Assembly: GCA_027492035.1 (NCBI GenBank)
Contig: JAOZFT010000009.1
Coordinates: forward strand, 1-28,330
DNA length: 28,330 bases
Reading direction: 5' to 3'
From: Thermoproteota archaeon
GTDB lineage: Archaea; Korarchaeota; JAOZGF01; JAOZFZ01
Positions within the stretch are counted from its first letter, which is position 1. Every line of letters starts with the position of its first letter. A model generated the notes under the pieces. That model made no database searches and was not told where the DNA came from. It saw nothing but the letters and a program-made list of their open reading frames with translations. The position numbers were made by a program, and so were the translations under genes. Shown here in pieces: positions 9,878 to 19,810 of the stretch.

Positions 9878-10306
9878 ATGTCGGGTCTTATGCCAGGAGA
9901 AACAGTTCTGAAGGATTCTGGAAGGTTACCGGTAGCATATGCAAAAAACTCTTTCAGAACAATAAACGGGAGGCTTATATTAACTAATACACGTCTGATC
10001 TTCATTGGTGGCAGGTTTCAAAGCATAATTGAGTCTTTCCTACAGTCTCATAGGGAAAAACTGGAAATTCCATTAGCTTCAATTACAAGGGTTGAGAAAG
10101 GGTTTATGGCCCACATAAAGGTGTATGCTGACAAAGAATATTCGTTTAAGGGAATGAGGGACCCAAACGGGTGGATAGCAGCTATTGAACAGGCGAAAGC
10201 AACGCAACAACTCCCTCACCCTGCACCTAACTTCTGTCCTTACTGTGGCAATCCTATAAGAGTCGGTGACGTTTTCTGCCCAAACTGTGGGAGAAAAATC
10301 CTCTAA
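9878..10306 (+). CDS. GRAM/PH-like domain protein with C-terminal zinc ribbon
   Basis: GAGGTG SD; LMPGETVL, GRLILTNTRLIF and EIPLASITRVEK (GRAM/bacterial PH pattern); FCPYCG..FCPNCG. Confidence 0.85.
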   Translation: MSGLMPGETVLKDSGRLPVAYAKNSFRTINGRLILTNTRLIFIGGRFQSIIESFLQSHREKLEIPLASITRVEKGFMAHIKVYADKEYSFKGMRDPNGWIAAIEQAKATQQLPHPAPNFCPYCGNPIRVGDVFCPNCGRKIL

Positions 10307-10474
10307 GGGAGAGAAAGGAAGTAGCAGCCTACATGAAACTTAGAAATTGAGAAAAACAGCTTTAGTTAAACAATTTTTTTCCTTAATTGGCTTAAGATGC
10401 TTCAATGCTTGATTAAATTAGGTTTAGTCTTCCATTCTAGTTTTACTGGCTTTGTTGATTCAAAGAATAAGAAT

Positions 10475-11056
10475 TTAGAGTTTAGAAACAGGATTCCTCT
10501 CAATTACCTTAGCTTTTTCAATTATTTCATCTATCTTCGCTATAAGAGATTTTACTTCACATTTAGGCAACCCTGTAACTCCATCAGAGAATGGAAGGTA
10601 CACAATTAAATGTTTATCTATGTATGTCCTCCTGTTTAACTTGAAAGGAACGTTAACATGGGCTTTATGCTTAACTTTTATGCTTGTGAAATTTTTTATT
10701 CCTGCTAGAACACCAATCACCGAGTTAAGAATTTCTTCACTGAGAATGAAACCAGATAAACCTTTTAAAGCATCGTAGTCCTTGTTAACGCTTATTTCCA
10801 CCTCATAACCTTTATAAAAACCTATTACACGGCCGTATCCAAGGCCTCCACTCTGAAATTTACATTTGATCCTTTTAGCAACCTCTCTAAGGTAGGCGTC
10901 ACCTTTCCTTTTCACCCTCAAATACCAAGCCATCACCAGCCCCACAAACACAGTGAATGCAAGTCCAAGTGACAAATTCAGAAGCCAAAGCAATAAAATA
11001 GTAACAGCCACTAAAGAGAAACCAACATAACTTGCAATGATTTCTGAATACTTCAT
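10475..11056 (-). CDS. Hypothetical membrane protein (N-terminal TM pair, soluble C-terminal domain)
   Basis: ATG with GGAG SD, two hydrophobic helices, then a basic stretch and a globular region. Confidence 0.7.
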   Translation of the reverse strand: MKYSEIIASYVGFSLVAVTILLLWLLNLSLGLAFTVFVGLVMAWYLRVKRKGDAYLREVAKRIKCKFQSGGLGYGRVIGFYKGYEVEISVNKDYDALKGLSGFILSEEILNSVIGVLAGIKNFTSIKVKHKAHVNVPFKLNRRTYIDKHLIVYLPFSDGVTGLPKCEVKSLIAKIDEIIEKAKVIERNPVSKL

Positions 11057-11655
11057 TTTTTAAATCTCCTAGTAAATTGCTAAATTAATGTGCTTGTAAA
11101 ATTTGGAGATATAAATGTATTGTTTTAACCTTTGCTTTAAGCCTCCAAGTGATTTTTGTTTCCTCCATTTTGAAGAAGTTCTTTTTAGTGTTTATTGGTT
11201 TAGGGTTGAATATCAAAGCTACAACCCTCCTCTAACATTATTAAATCTATTAGATTCCGGGTGTAACGTTAACGGCTAAAAACATAACTTCTTTTACTAT
11301 TAACCCTCAACATTGCAAAGATGTCAGTGAAAACCTTTGCTAAGCAGCTGAAAGAATTAATTAGGACATAAATATGAAAGCTGAGTTTATAAAGGGCTAC
11401 ATAGTGTAGTAGGCTGTGACGAGTAAAAGGGGATCTTGGGGTGTCGGTTAAAAGCTTAGTAAAGATGCCATGTGATCACAATCAAGCCGCCTTTTATAGG
11501 AAAAAACCGATGAACATAAAATATATAAAGTTTCTCTCTTCTAATTTAAGTAGTGGAGTGGTGTGTAATGCGGAAATTTGGTAGATTCATCTCTATGAAG
11601 CTTTGGCGTAACGCTTCCTTAAAAAGAGATTTGGGAAATTCCGTAAAATAAACCA

Positions 11656-12079
11656 GTGAAAAAAAAGGTATAAGGATACTTACCGAAGTGAAACATGAAA
11701 GGGAAGCGAAATCAACCCCAGCTTTAATTAATAGCGCTACGAAGCCTATAAACCTGAAATCCACGTTCCTTTAGCATTAGCTAAAAAGTTAAAGTTTAAG
11801 CTTGAGGAACTGAAAAGGTGAAAAATACAAAGTTGTAAGCACCGAGGTAACAGCTTATACCTTAGGAAAAATCTATGTAAGGGTTGTTACAGAAGACAAA
11901 GTTACAGAGTGGGTGGAAGCCGAGGCTGTGACGACTCCAGGTGAATACGAAGTAATCGTTAGTGATGCATTAACAGAAAAACTTCAAATAGAGATCATAA
12001 ACCTAAAATTGGTCTTTGGAAGTTTCATGGGGAAGAAAAAATCAGGAAAAGCTTAGAGCCGCGATACTGGATTGAATGA
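11656..12079 (+). pseudogene. Frameshifted paralogue of the retropepsin-like gene at 19213-19644
   Basis: Reconstruction across about four frameshifts gives GIRILTEVKHEREAKSTPALINS/YEAYKPEIHVPLALAKKL...IYVRVVTEDKVTEWVEAEAVTTPGEYEVIVSDALTEKLQIEII/PKIGLWKFHGEEKIRKSLEPRYWIE*. This is collinear with the intact copy. Confidence 0.8.
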
Positions 12080-12220
12080 AAAACTTTGCAAACCCTATAC
12101 CCAGGAAACTTTGTTGCTTAAGCTGGAGAAGATGAATGGGGTTGAGTTTAAATACTCTTCCACAGTTTTTGATTCCGTCAACAGCTGAGGGGCTTAAAGA
12201 GCCAGACAAATCCTTCGAAG

Positions 12221-12559
12221 GTGTTGATAAACTTCAAGTCCCTTTATGGTAAAGGTGCATCTTCATTTCAAAGATATGGACAAGGAAGAGACAGAGCCTA
12301 TATTGTTAAAATCATTAAACCATTTTACCGAAACCCGGTTACAGAAGTTATTGAAGATGAAAGGATTTACAGAATAAGTGAAAAAGCATCTAGAAAAACA
12401 TTAGAAATTTTCGGTGTAAGTATTGCATTAGTAGGGGTACCTTTGATAGCATTGAATAAGTATGTAGAAGCTGGGTGTGCTTTAACTTTCTCAGCATGTG
12501 CCTTAACACTGCTATACTTGACTTTCTACAGTTACTACAGCAGGAAAAGTTTGGAGTAA
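12221..12559 (+). pseudogene. DUF2178-like membrane protein, probably 5'-truncated
   Basis: VTEVIEDERIYRISEKASRKTL plus two TM helices match the DUF2178 C-terminal half. The N-terminal ~38 aa are hydrophilic and lack the expected TM helices. The usual Xre-HTH neighbour follows. Confidence 0.6.
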
Positions 12560-12573
12560 GCAAGGGTGTTGAA

Positions 12574-12777
12574 ATGAAAACAAGAATAAAAGAGTTCAGA
12601 GCAAAATATAACCTAACACAAGAAGAACTTGCAAAGAAGGTCGGAGTAAGAAGGGAAACCATTGTTTTTCTGGAGAAGGGAAAGTACAATCCATCCCTTA
12701 AACTAGCATATAAAGTAGCTAAAGAGTTAAAAACAACAATTGAGGAGTTGTTTATATTAGTTGTTTATATTCAATGA
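12574..12777 (+). CDS. Xre-family helix-turn-helix transcriptional regulator
   Basis: [46 protein letters not shown]. The real start is most likely the ATG at 12574, after GGGTG. Confidence 0.92.
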   Translation: MKTRIKEFRAKYNLTQEELAKKVGVRRETIVFLEKGKYNPSLKLAYKVAKELKTTIEELFILVVYIQ

Positions 12778-12827
12778 AGACAATTAATTAAGTGGCTGGT
12801 AGGGTATGGATTAAAAGCCTTATGAAG

Positions 12828-12934
12828 CTGCGGCAACTTCGTTGCTGCAGAGTTTCCGGGTCAGAGCTGAAATAAATTAGAGGGAATAGAACAATTTGAG
12901 GAATTAGAGGGAGTTGATAATGGAATTCAACTCC
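12828..12934. other. Two inverted repeats in the spacer between convergent genes (possible terminator/structured RNA)
   Basis: CTGCGGCAAC-TTC-GTTGCTGCAG (12828-12850) and GGAGTTGA-N9-TCAACTCC (12910-12934), followed by TTTT. Confidence 0.4.
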
Positions 12935-13070
12935 TTTTCAAATGTTTCAACACAATTTCTCATAGTTTAGTTGATTGATTGTTGACTTTTCTTAAAAATA
13001 GATTTATTATTCCTTTTAGTTCTTTTAATAGTAATTGAGGTGGAAATGGTTAAGGTTGAAAAGAAGATTC

Positions 13071-13471
13071 TCATTCTGTTTCTTTTAGCCTCTTAAAGTG
13101 TTCATCTCCAGTTAATACTTTGACTTCATATCTTCTGGCCGCTGCAAGGGTTAGGGTGTCAAAAAGACTTGGCTCACTTTTCCCCTCTTCAACTGCTTTA
13201 TCTCTTAATTCAGGGTAGGCTTCACCTGATTTTAAAGCTAAATCTACATCTATGTTGACGGTGAGGGAAACTATTTCTATTTGTTTAAGTCCCTCCATAA
13301 CCAATTCTTCTCTTAACTCCCTCTCTAACGTATTTCCTTGCAACCTCTACAAGAAGGGTGCCAGGTGTGTAAATATTTCTTGCTTTTTTCGGTAATCTCC
13401 TTAACCTTTTCGCCTTTACTGCTGCCAATGAATAATTCTACCCAGGAGTAAGTGTCAACAACTACTTCCAC
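13071..13471 (-). pseudogene. vapC: VapC/PIN-domain toxin pseudogene
   Basis: MEVVVDTYSWVELFIGSSKGEKVKEITEK/RNIYTPGTLLVEVARKYVREGVK/EELVMEGLKQI...SLFDTLTLAAARRYEVKVLTGDEHFKRL, with two frameshifts. Confidence 0.85.
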
Positions 13472-13492
13472 ACAAACACCTTTCATCAGGTT

Positions 13493-13640
13493 TTATTCTC
13501 TATCCTTTTCGCGATCTTCCTCTTTGAAGGAAGTTACCAACTCTTTGTCTATCCCAAACATTTTTCAAGAATTAACATTCTCCTTTCCGAATAACTTTTC
13601 TCACTGCTTCCTCTAATAAGTCATCAGGGTATCCAAACTC
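13493..13640 (-). pseudogene. VapB-type antitoxin remnant upstream of vapC
   Basis: Frameshifted ...DDLLEEAVRKVIR/RRMLILE/MFGIDKELVTSFKEEDREKDRE* ends about 20 nt before the vapC start. The acidic C-terminus is typical of archaeal antitoxins. Confidence 0.6.
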
Positions 13641-14064
13641 CACAAACTGAAAAACAATATCAAATAACAAAACAAAGAAAATTAAGGCCTCTTTTCCATG
13701 TTTTTTCACGTAAGCCTCCTGCTTTTCCTTTAGGTTACTTTTGTATTGCCTCTGCTTTATGAAGAGGCTTTATTTTTATTAGCGATTCTTTTAGCTAGTT
13801 TTAGATATAAGGAGGGAGTGTAAATGCGTTCTCTCAAGGAGAAAAGTAAGTTTTCAATCTTCAAGCCTCAAAACCCGTGGACATCATGGTGATAACTGAG
13901 GGACTTAGCAGGGTAGAGGACAAAAAATTCATTGTTTCTCTCTGTATTGTTCAGAAGCAAATTTGAACTAAATAAATAGGGAGGGGAAGTAGAGGCTGGA
14001 AAGTGCAACGCGGAGATGGAGATAGTTAAAACCTACTTTGTTAGATGCAGTGATGTAAGGGATT

Positions 14065-14547
14065 TCACAGTTTGTACCCTATTTTTCGCAGGAAATCTTT
14101 TCTCCATTTTATTCCTTTTTCATCTTCTATTCCTTTCGGTTTGAAACCGTCAACAACCCCTATTATACTTCTTCCTTGTTCAGTTTCAACTATTAAGACA
14201 TCAACCGGGTTTGCTGTGGCGCAGTAAATGGTTACAACTTCAGGTACTTGCTTTAAAGCCCTTAAAACGTTTATTGGGTAGGCGTCTTTCATAAAAATTA
14301 TGAAACTGTGGCCTGCACCTATTTCTAATGCTTTCTCGGCAGCCAGTTTTTTAAGTTCTTCATCGTTCCCGTCGTGCCTTATTAAGCATTCGCCAGAGGA
14401 CTCCACGAAACCTATTCCAAATTTAATGTTTGGGACAGAGTTAATTAAAGCTTCATAAATGTCTTCAACGGTTTTTATGAAATGAGACTGACCAATTATT
14501 ACGTTTGTGTTTTCAGGCACTTTCACCTTTACAGATTTTATCTCCAC
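14065..14547 (-). CDS. Adenosine-specific kinase family protein (DUF355)
   Basis: [33 protein letters not shown] and [14 protein letters not shown] start chosen from the GGAGGT SD. Confidence 0.92.
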   Translation of the reverse strand: MEIKSVKVKVPENTNVIIGQSHFIKTVEDIYEALINSVPNIKFGIGFVESSGECLIRHDGNDEELKKLAAEKALEIGAGHSFIIFMKDAYPINVLRALKQVPEVVTIYCATANPVDVLIVETEQGRSIIGVVDGFKPKGIEDEKGIKWRKDFLRKIGYKL

Positions 14548-14755
14548 TTCTCCATTACCTCCTCTCAAAAATAAAAGGGTAAGAAAGGTAAAGAAGAATT
14601 AAGGAGGAGCTATTTAAAAATAATTCCGTCTATGGTTAAAAAGGGTGGAAAAATGAATAGGAGCATATTTAAATAAGAGGCTTAAGTGAGGACTGGGAGA
14701 AATAGGGTGAATTTTCCAAATAAATTCAAAAATAAAGGTTGAGAAGGGGTTTTCT

Positions 14756-15937
14756 TTGGGTAGAAAAATTGCTGGGTTAAGCCTAAATGTTTTCCTTTTG
14801 GGAGTTGTGAGTTTAATAACAGATATCTCAAGTGAAATGATAAGCCCTGTTTTTCCAATGTTTATTGCTTTTTTGGGAGGGACAGGTTTAATAGTGGGTT
14901 TAATAGGTGGTGCAGGAGACTTCACAGCCAGTTTATTGAACATTTTCTCTGGTTACTGGTCAGACAAAATAGGGAGAAGGAAAGGTTTTGTTTTTTCAGG
15001 GTATTTCCTTTCAAGTTTAACAAAAACTTTGTTTGCATTATCCACTTCCTGGATTCATCTGCTGTTACTTAAGCCCTTGGAAAGGGTGGGTAAAGGGTTA
15101 AGAACTTCACCTAGAGACGCGTTAATATCTGAATCTGCAGAAAAAAAAGTAAGAGGGAAAGCGTTCGGTTTACACAGGGCAATGGACACTACAGGAGCAA
15201 TATTGGGTTCGCTTCTATCATTCCTCTTAATTTATTTCCTAACATGGGAAATGAGGCAAGTAATTCTTTTGGGAGGATTAATAGGTTTTATAGCTTTAGT
15301 TCCCCTGGTTTTTGTGCATGAAAGGAAGGGCTTGAAAAGGAAAATAAAGGAGTTAAGTTTAAGGATAAGCCTTAGAAAACTGCCTAAAAACCTACAAATT
15401 TACATTTTAGTAGCTTCACTTTTTTCACTCAGCAACTTCACCTACATGTTCTTCATTTTAAGAGCACAAGACTTCTTCACAGGAAAACTAGCCCTGTCAA
15501 TACCTATACTCTTCTATGTCTGGTTCAACATAATTTACGCCTTCCTCTCCATCCCAACAGGGGTGCTATCAGACAGAATAGGTCGAGCTGTAGTGTTATT
15601 CACAGGTTACTTGCTTTATGGCTTAAGTTGCCTAGCATTAACCACAAAAATATCCACTCTCCAATTGTTTATCGCTTTCACACTATATGGTTTATCTTAC
15701 GCCTTTTTTGACGGTACACAGAGAGCATTTGTTTCAGATCTTAGTGAAGCGGAAGTTAGAGGAACAGCTTTAGGCACATTCCACACTTCAGCAAGTGTAA
15801 TGGCTTTAGTTTCAAGCATCTTGGCAGGAGCAATTTACAGTTACATTTCTCCAGCTGCTACTTTCCTGTTTGCCGCACTTGTAGCATTAACAGCAGCTAT
15901 GCTTTTAATCTTATTTGTTAAAACAGGCAAAATCTAG
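14756..15937 (+). CDS. MFS transporter
   Basis: About 12 TM helices; motif A GYWSDKIGRRK and GVLSDRIGR; DISSEM, GKGLRTSPRDALI and HRAMDTTGA. Confidence 0.93.
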   Translation: MGRKIAGLSLNVFLLGVVSLITDISSEMISPVFPMFIAFLGGTGLIVGLIGGAGDFTASLLNIFSGYWSDKIGRRKGFVFSGYFLSSLTKTLFALSTSWIHLLLLKPLERVGKGLRTSPRDALISESAEKKVRGKAFGLHRAMDTTGAILGSLLSFLLIYFLTWEMRQVILLGGLIGFIALVPLVFVHERKGLKRKIKELSLRISLRKLPKNLQIYILVASLFSLSNFTYMFFILRAQDFFTGKLALSIPILFYVWFNIIYAFLSIPTGVLSDRIGRAVVLFTGYLLYGLSCLALTTKISTLQLFIAFTLYGLSYAFFDGTQRAFVSDLSEAEVRGTALGTFHTSASVMALVSSILAGAIYSYISPAATFLFAALVALTAAMLLILFVKTGKI

Positions 15938-15986
15938 CCTATCCTCAGAGAAAGTAAATACCACTTATTAATATTTTTTTGGGGGG

Positions 15987-16376
15987 TTACTGATTTATTG
16001 GTTTAAAAGCTAACACAGGCTTTCCTTCCCTAGTTAAGGGAGTGAGTGTGACTTTGCTTCCTATTTTAATTTTTTCAGGTTCATTAGGGTTGAAGCCTTC
16101 AATCCTGGCTGTTACCTTTCCTCCGTTATCCAGTTTAATTATTCCCACAATGTACGGGGCTTCCTTTCCAAGTCCTACAGGAGGAACATGGACAACCGTG
16201 AAGGTTTCAAGCACCCCTGTCTTGCTTGATTCAACCCATTCAAGGTCGTTAGTTCCACAGTTTCTACAAATCATTCTTGGCGGTAACATGTAGAAGCCAC
16301 ACTTTCTACATTTAACACCTACAAGGTTGCCTTCCTTCAATTTTTCATAAAATTCAGAAATAAGGAACTCACTCAT
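15987..16376 (-). CDS. DUF35 zinc-ribbon/OB-fold protein (thiolase partner)
   Basis: KCRKCG...PPRMICRNCG, then OB fold TFTVVHVPP...PYIVGIIKLD. Lies directly downstream of the thiolase. Confidence 0.92.
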   Translation of the reverse strand: MSEFLISEFYEKLKEGNLVGVKCRKCGFYMLPPRMICRNCGTNDLEWVESSKTGVLETFTVVHVPPVGLGKEAPYIVGIIKLDNGGKVTARIEGFNPNEPEKIKIGSKVTLTPLTREGKPVLAFKPINQ

Positions 16377-16382
16377 CTCTCC

Positions 16383-17612
16383 TCATCTCCTTAAAATTAT
16401 TACTCCACAGCTTGCCCCTGAACCTCCAAGGTTTTGAATTAACCCTGTTTCAGCGTTTTCAACCTGTCTCTTCCCCGATTCACCCCTTAATTGTTTCCAT
16501 ATTTCATAAACCATGGCTATCCCGGTTGCTCCTACAGGATGCCCCTTACATTTTAAACCACCAGAGGGGTTGATCGGTTTGTCCCCTTTGATTGAAGTGA
16601 TTCCCTTCTGTGCAGCTTTCACACCCTCCCCTTTCTTAAAGAAACCAAGGTCTTCTGTAGCTATGGCTTCAGCTATTGAAAAACAGTCATGTACCTCGGC
16701 TACGTCTACATCCTTAGGTTTCACATTAGCTTGCCTGTAGGCTTGTTTACTAGCCTCCATAGTTGATTTAAAGGAAGTGTAGGTTTGACGGTCATGTAAA
16801 GAAAGACTATCTGTTGCAAAACCCACTCCTGAAACATAAACAGGGGTGTCAGTGTACTTCTTAGCTAACTCTCCCCTAACCAGTATAGCTGCTGAAGCCC
16901 CGTCTGAAATCGGGGAACAGTCAAAAAGCCTCAAAGGCCAGGCGATAACTCTGTTATATTCTGACTTAAGGAAATCAAGTTCATCCTTAAACTTCACCCC
17001 AAGTTTCTTACCTACTTTAACAGCTCTATCCATTATTGTTTCCTGAAACTGTGCTTTAGGGTTTAATGCTCCGTTTCTGTGGTTTTTTATAGGTATAGCC
17101 TGAAGCTGCTCCCAAGTGACATTATACCTTTTAAAGTAAGCGTTAGCCATTGTAGCAAATTGACCAGGGAAAGTTACGCCTGCAGGTAATTCATACTCGT
17201 TGTCAGCAGCCACTGACAAAGCATCAGTTACTTCCTCAGTGGTTAAGTTGCTCATTTTTTCAATTCCTCCAACAATTACAACGTCACGTAAGCCGGAAGC
17301 TACAGCCATATACCCTGTTATAAAAGCCGCTGAAGCACTTGCACAAGCCGATTCAGTCCTCCAACCCATTTTAGGGGTTAGATTAACCCAATCAGCTGCT
17401 AATGGACCTACATGTGCCTGATGTTCAAAGAAGGTAGGTGCAAAGTAACCTGTAAACACGGCACCTATTTCACTTGGATCAATTCCTTTATCAACTGAGG
17501 AGTAGGCTTCTAAAACAGCTTCAACAAAGAGCTCCCTTCCGTTCTTGTTTTTGTGAAGGGAGTGATGGAAACGTGTCATACCGGCCCCTACAACAGCCAC
17601 TTTACCAAGCAT
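16383..17612 (-). CDS. Thiolase (SCP2/SCP-x-type acetyl-CoA C-acyltransferase)
   Basis: ESACAS (catalytic Cys), CSPISDGA, EVHDCF, GHPVGATG and NLGG. Confidence 0.95.
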   Translation of the reverse strand: MLGKVAVVGAGMTRFHHSLHKNKNGRELFVEAVLEAYSSVDKGIDPSEIGAVFTGYFAPTFFEHQAHVGPLAADWVNLTPKMGWRTESACASASAAFITGYMAVASGLRDVVIVGGIEKMSNLTTEEVTDALSVAADNEYELPAGVTFPGQFATMANAYFKRYNVTWEQLQAIPIKNHRNGALNPKAQFQETIMDRAVKVGKKLGVKFKDELDFLKSEYNRVIAWPLRLFDCSPISDGASAAILVRGELAKKYTDTPVYVSGVGFATDSLSLHDRQTYTSFKSTMEASKQAYRQANVKPKDVDVAEVHDCFSIAEAIATEDLGFFKKGEGVKAAQKGITSIKGDKPINPSGGLKCKGHPVGATGIAMVYEIWKQLRGESGKRQVENAETGLIQNLGGSGASCGVIILRR

Positions 17613-17860
17613 CTCAATTTACCTCTCTCCAAAAAAGAAAAACTCATTCACTAAACATCCACCCCTCAAAAAACAAAGAAATAAAGGATTCCCCTTAACT
17701 TGAGTAGATACAGAAGAATCATATTTAAACTTTAAATTTTTCAAAAATAAAACCGGTTTCTCCACCCAAAAGAGTTCAAAAAACTGGAACAAACGTTCAA
17801 ATACATAGAAATAAAAACAATATCTGAAATATTCCCTTCAAATCCTCCCAGAAAAGGTTT

Positions 17861-18643
17861 ATGGAGGAAAAGGGAATGAACAAAAAATTTTTAGTATTAA
17901 CGTTTTCACTAATATTTTTAACATTCTCAGCCACAGCAGTATTGAAAACACTAAATCAACTATGCAAAGTAAACTTTGGAAAGGGGTTAAACCCCCTGTT
18001 TGCAGAAAACCTGAACAAAACAGTTAACATATTGATTGTTAGGGGAACAGGTGTAGTTGAAACGTTTCCTGGCCAAGCAAAGATAAGTTTGCAAGTGGAA
18101 ACAGAAGCCTCAACAGCTAAAGAAGCTGTAACAACAAATGCGGAAAAAATGACGAATGCAATAAACAAACTTAAGTTTATAGGAATACCGAAAGAAAAGA
18201 TAGAAACAACTTACTTCAGTATTTATCCAGTATACTCCGAAAGTCCACCATACACAGTTATAGGGTACAAAGTAAACAACCGGGTTATGGTTACAACAAA
18301 CAAAACATATGAGATAGGAAAAATAATTGATGCAGCTGTAGAAGCAGGAGCAAACAAAGTAGATGGGGTATACTTCACTTTATCAGACCAAAAAATGAAA
18401 GAAACAGAAAAAATAGCTATTAAGAAAGCTGTGGAAAATGCAGAAACAAAAGCTGAAGCAATAGCAGAATCTGCACAAATAAAATTGACAAAAATAATCA
18501 ACATAGCAGAAACAGGAATTTACAAACCCGCACCGGTAAACTTATACGAAATAGCTAAAGCTGAAACAGGAGCATCTACACCTATTTCACCAGGTCAAAT
18601 AAAAGTAACAGCAACCATACAAATAACTTACATGTTCACCTGA
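17861..18643 (+). CDS. SIMPL domain protein (DUF541/YggE-like)
   Basis: N-terminal TM/signal; VRGTGVV..FPGQA, IIDAAVEAGANKVDGVYF, AVENAETKAEAIA and TPISPGQIKVTA. Confidence 0.92.
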   Translation: MEEKGMNKKFLVLTFSLIFLTFSATAVLKTLNQLCKVNFGKGLNPLFAENLNKTVNILIVRGTGVVETFPGQAKISLQVETEASTAKEAVTTNAEKMTNAINKLKFIGIPKEKIETTYFSIYPVYSESPPYTVIGYKVNNRVMVTTNKTYEIGKIIDAAVEAGANKVDGVYFTLSDQKMKETEKIAIKKAVENAETKAEAIAESAQIKLTKIINIAETGIYKPAPVNLYEIAKAETGASTPISPGQIKVTATIQITYMFT

Positions 18644-18759
18644 ACCTCTACCACAATCCATAGGTCCCTTTTTTCTTTTTAGGCAACGTTTTTAAGTTCC
18701 CCACATTAAAGTTATTGTACCATTTAATTTAAGGAGAAATTAAGGAAACTTTTAAACAA

Positions 18760-19135
18760 TTTGTCATAGAAAAGTAGAAAATGGATAGCGAAGTATTCCA
18801 AGCTTGTTAAAGAATTTGTTGATAACCTAAAAATTGAATTAAGTGGAAAATTCCATGTTGACGAAACTACAATAAAGTGCGGTGGAGAATATAACTGGTT
18901 TTGGGAAATAATAGACACTGATTTTTTTGGTCACTACTCGTTTATCTGGAGAAAGAAAAATAAAAGAAGTTAATTTAGTTATTTAAACAAGCAAAAGAAA
19001 GATCTGCTGAAAGATCAAAAAGAATAGTTGTAGATAGATTAAGGGTTTATGAAAAAGGTTTTAAGAAAATTTTCTACAGCAGGTATAGAGAGCATAGGAA
19101 TATAAATAAACATAAGGGTAAAATTGATAGATAAA
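18760..19135 (+). mobile_element. Degraded IS6-family (DDE) transposase remnant
   Basis: KWIAKYSKLVKEFVDNLKIELSGKFHVDETTIKCGGEYNWFWEIIDTD/FLVTTRLSGERK/..KRIVVDRLRVYEKGF carries the first two DDE aspartates. Several frameshifts; no terminal repeats identified. Confidence 0.8.
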
Positions 19136-19212
19136 AGGTGTTAAACTAATGGAAAAAACTGAAAGAATAGGTAAACTTAAGGAAGGAAGAGTTATAGGGA
19201 TAATAATACCAG

Positions 19213-19644
19213 TTGAGGAGGAAAAAATTGGCGATCAGAGTAAAACTAAGGATAAAGGGGCCAAGAAAGGAAGTTAAATCCATTGCACTCGTAAATTCGG
19301 GTTTTGAAGTGAACAAACCAAAACTGTTAATCCCCATAAAACTAGCAGAAAAACTAGATCTCTACCCTCCAAAAAAAGAATCAAAACTGAGAGAACTGGA
19401 AGTTGCCGGAGGAGAAATAATACAACTAATAGAAATAGAAAACATTGTTAAAGTTAGGGTGGTAACGAGTGATAAGGAAGGAAAAGAAACATCAGCTACT
19501 GCTCTAATATCACCCAAGGAGAAAGAAGTATTAATAAGCGATTTATTAACAGATAAACTTGGAATAATACTGTTAAAACCAGGATCCGGCATATGGAGAT
19601 TCATTGACGACCCTCCAAACATGGAAAGAAAAAGTGAAAAATGA
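19213..19644 (+). CDS. Retropepsin-like (clan AA fold) archaeal protein with NSG in place of D[ST]G
   Basis: SIALVNSGFE..PKLLIPIKLAEKL, LEVAGG and EVLISDLLTDKLGIILL..GIWRF. Confidence 0.7.
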   Translation: MRRKKLAIRVKLRIKGPRKEVKSIALVNSGFEVNKPKLLIPIKLAEKLDLYPPKKESKLRELEVAGGEIIQLIEIENIVKVRVVTSDKEGKETSATALISPKEKEVLISDLLTDKLGIILLKPGSGIWRFIDDPPNMERKSEK

Positions 19645-19810
19645 AAACAAAAATGGAGAACGTTTATCCAAAACATAAACTCCCACTACATTCCAAAAAG
19701 TTAACAATCAACAAAATACCAACAAATTTCCAAATAAACAGTTAAAAAGGCTCTAGGACTTTACCTTACCCTTCAAATCACCAAGTTTACTGCACTTATC
19801 ATTTAAATCC

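Noticed and set aside
11546-11764. 72-aa minus-strand ORF
   Set aside because: Largely antisense to the retropepsin-like pseudogene, which explains the region better.
12475-12573. N-terminal extension of the Xre ORF in the track
   Set aside because: It overlaps the DUF2178 remnant. The HTH domain begins at the ATG at 12574.
12815-12875. Possible hammerhead ribozyme (CTTATGA before a hairpin)
   Set aside because: The core deviates from CUGAUGA and no GAAA follows the stem.
13824-13970. Possible decayed gene (short frames with VDIMVI)
   Set aside because: Too little similarity to assign a family by eye.
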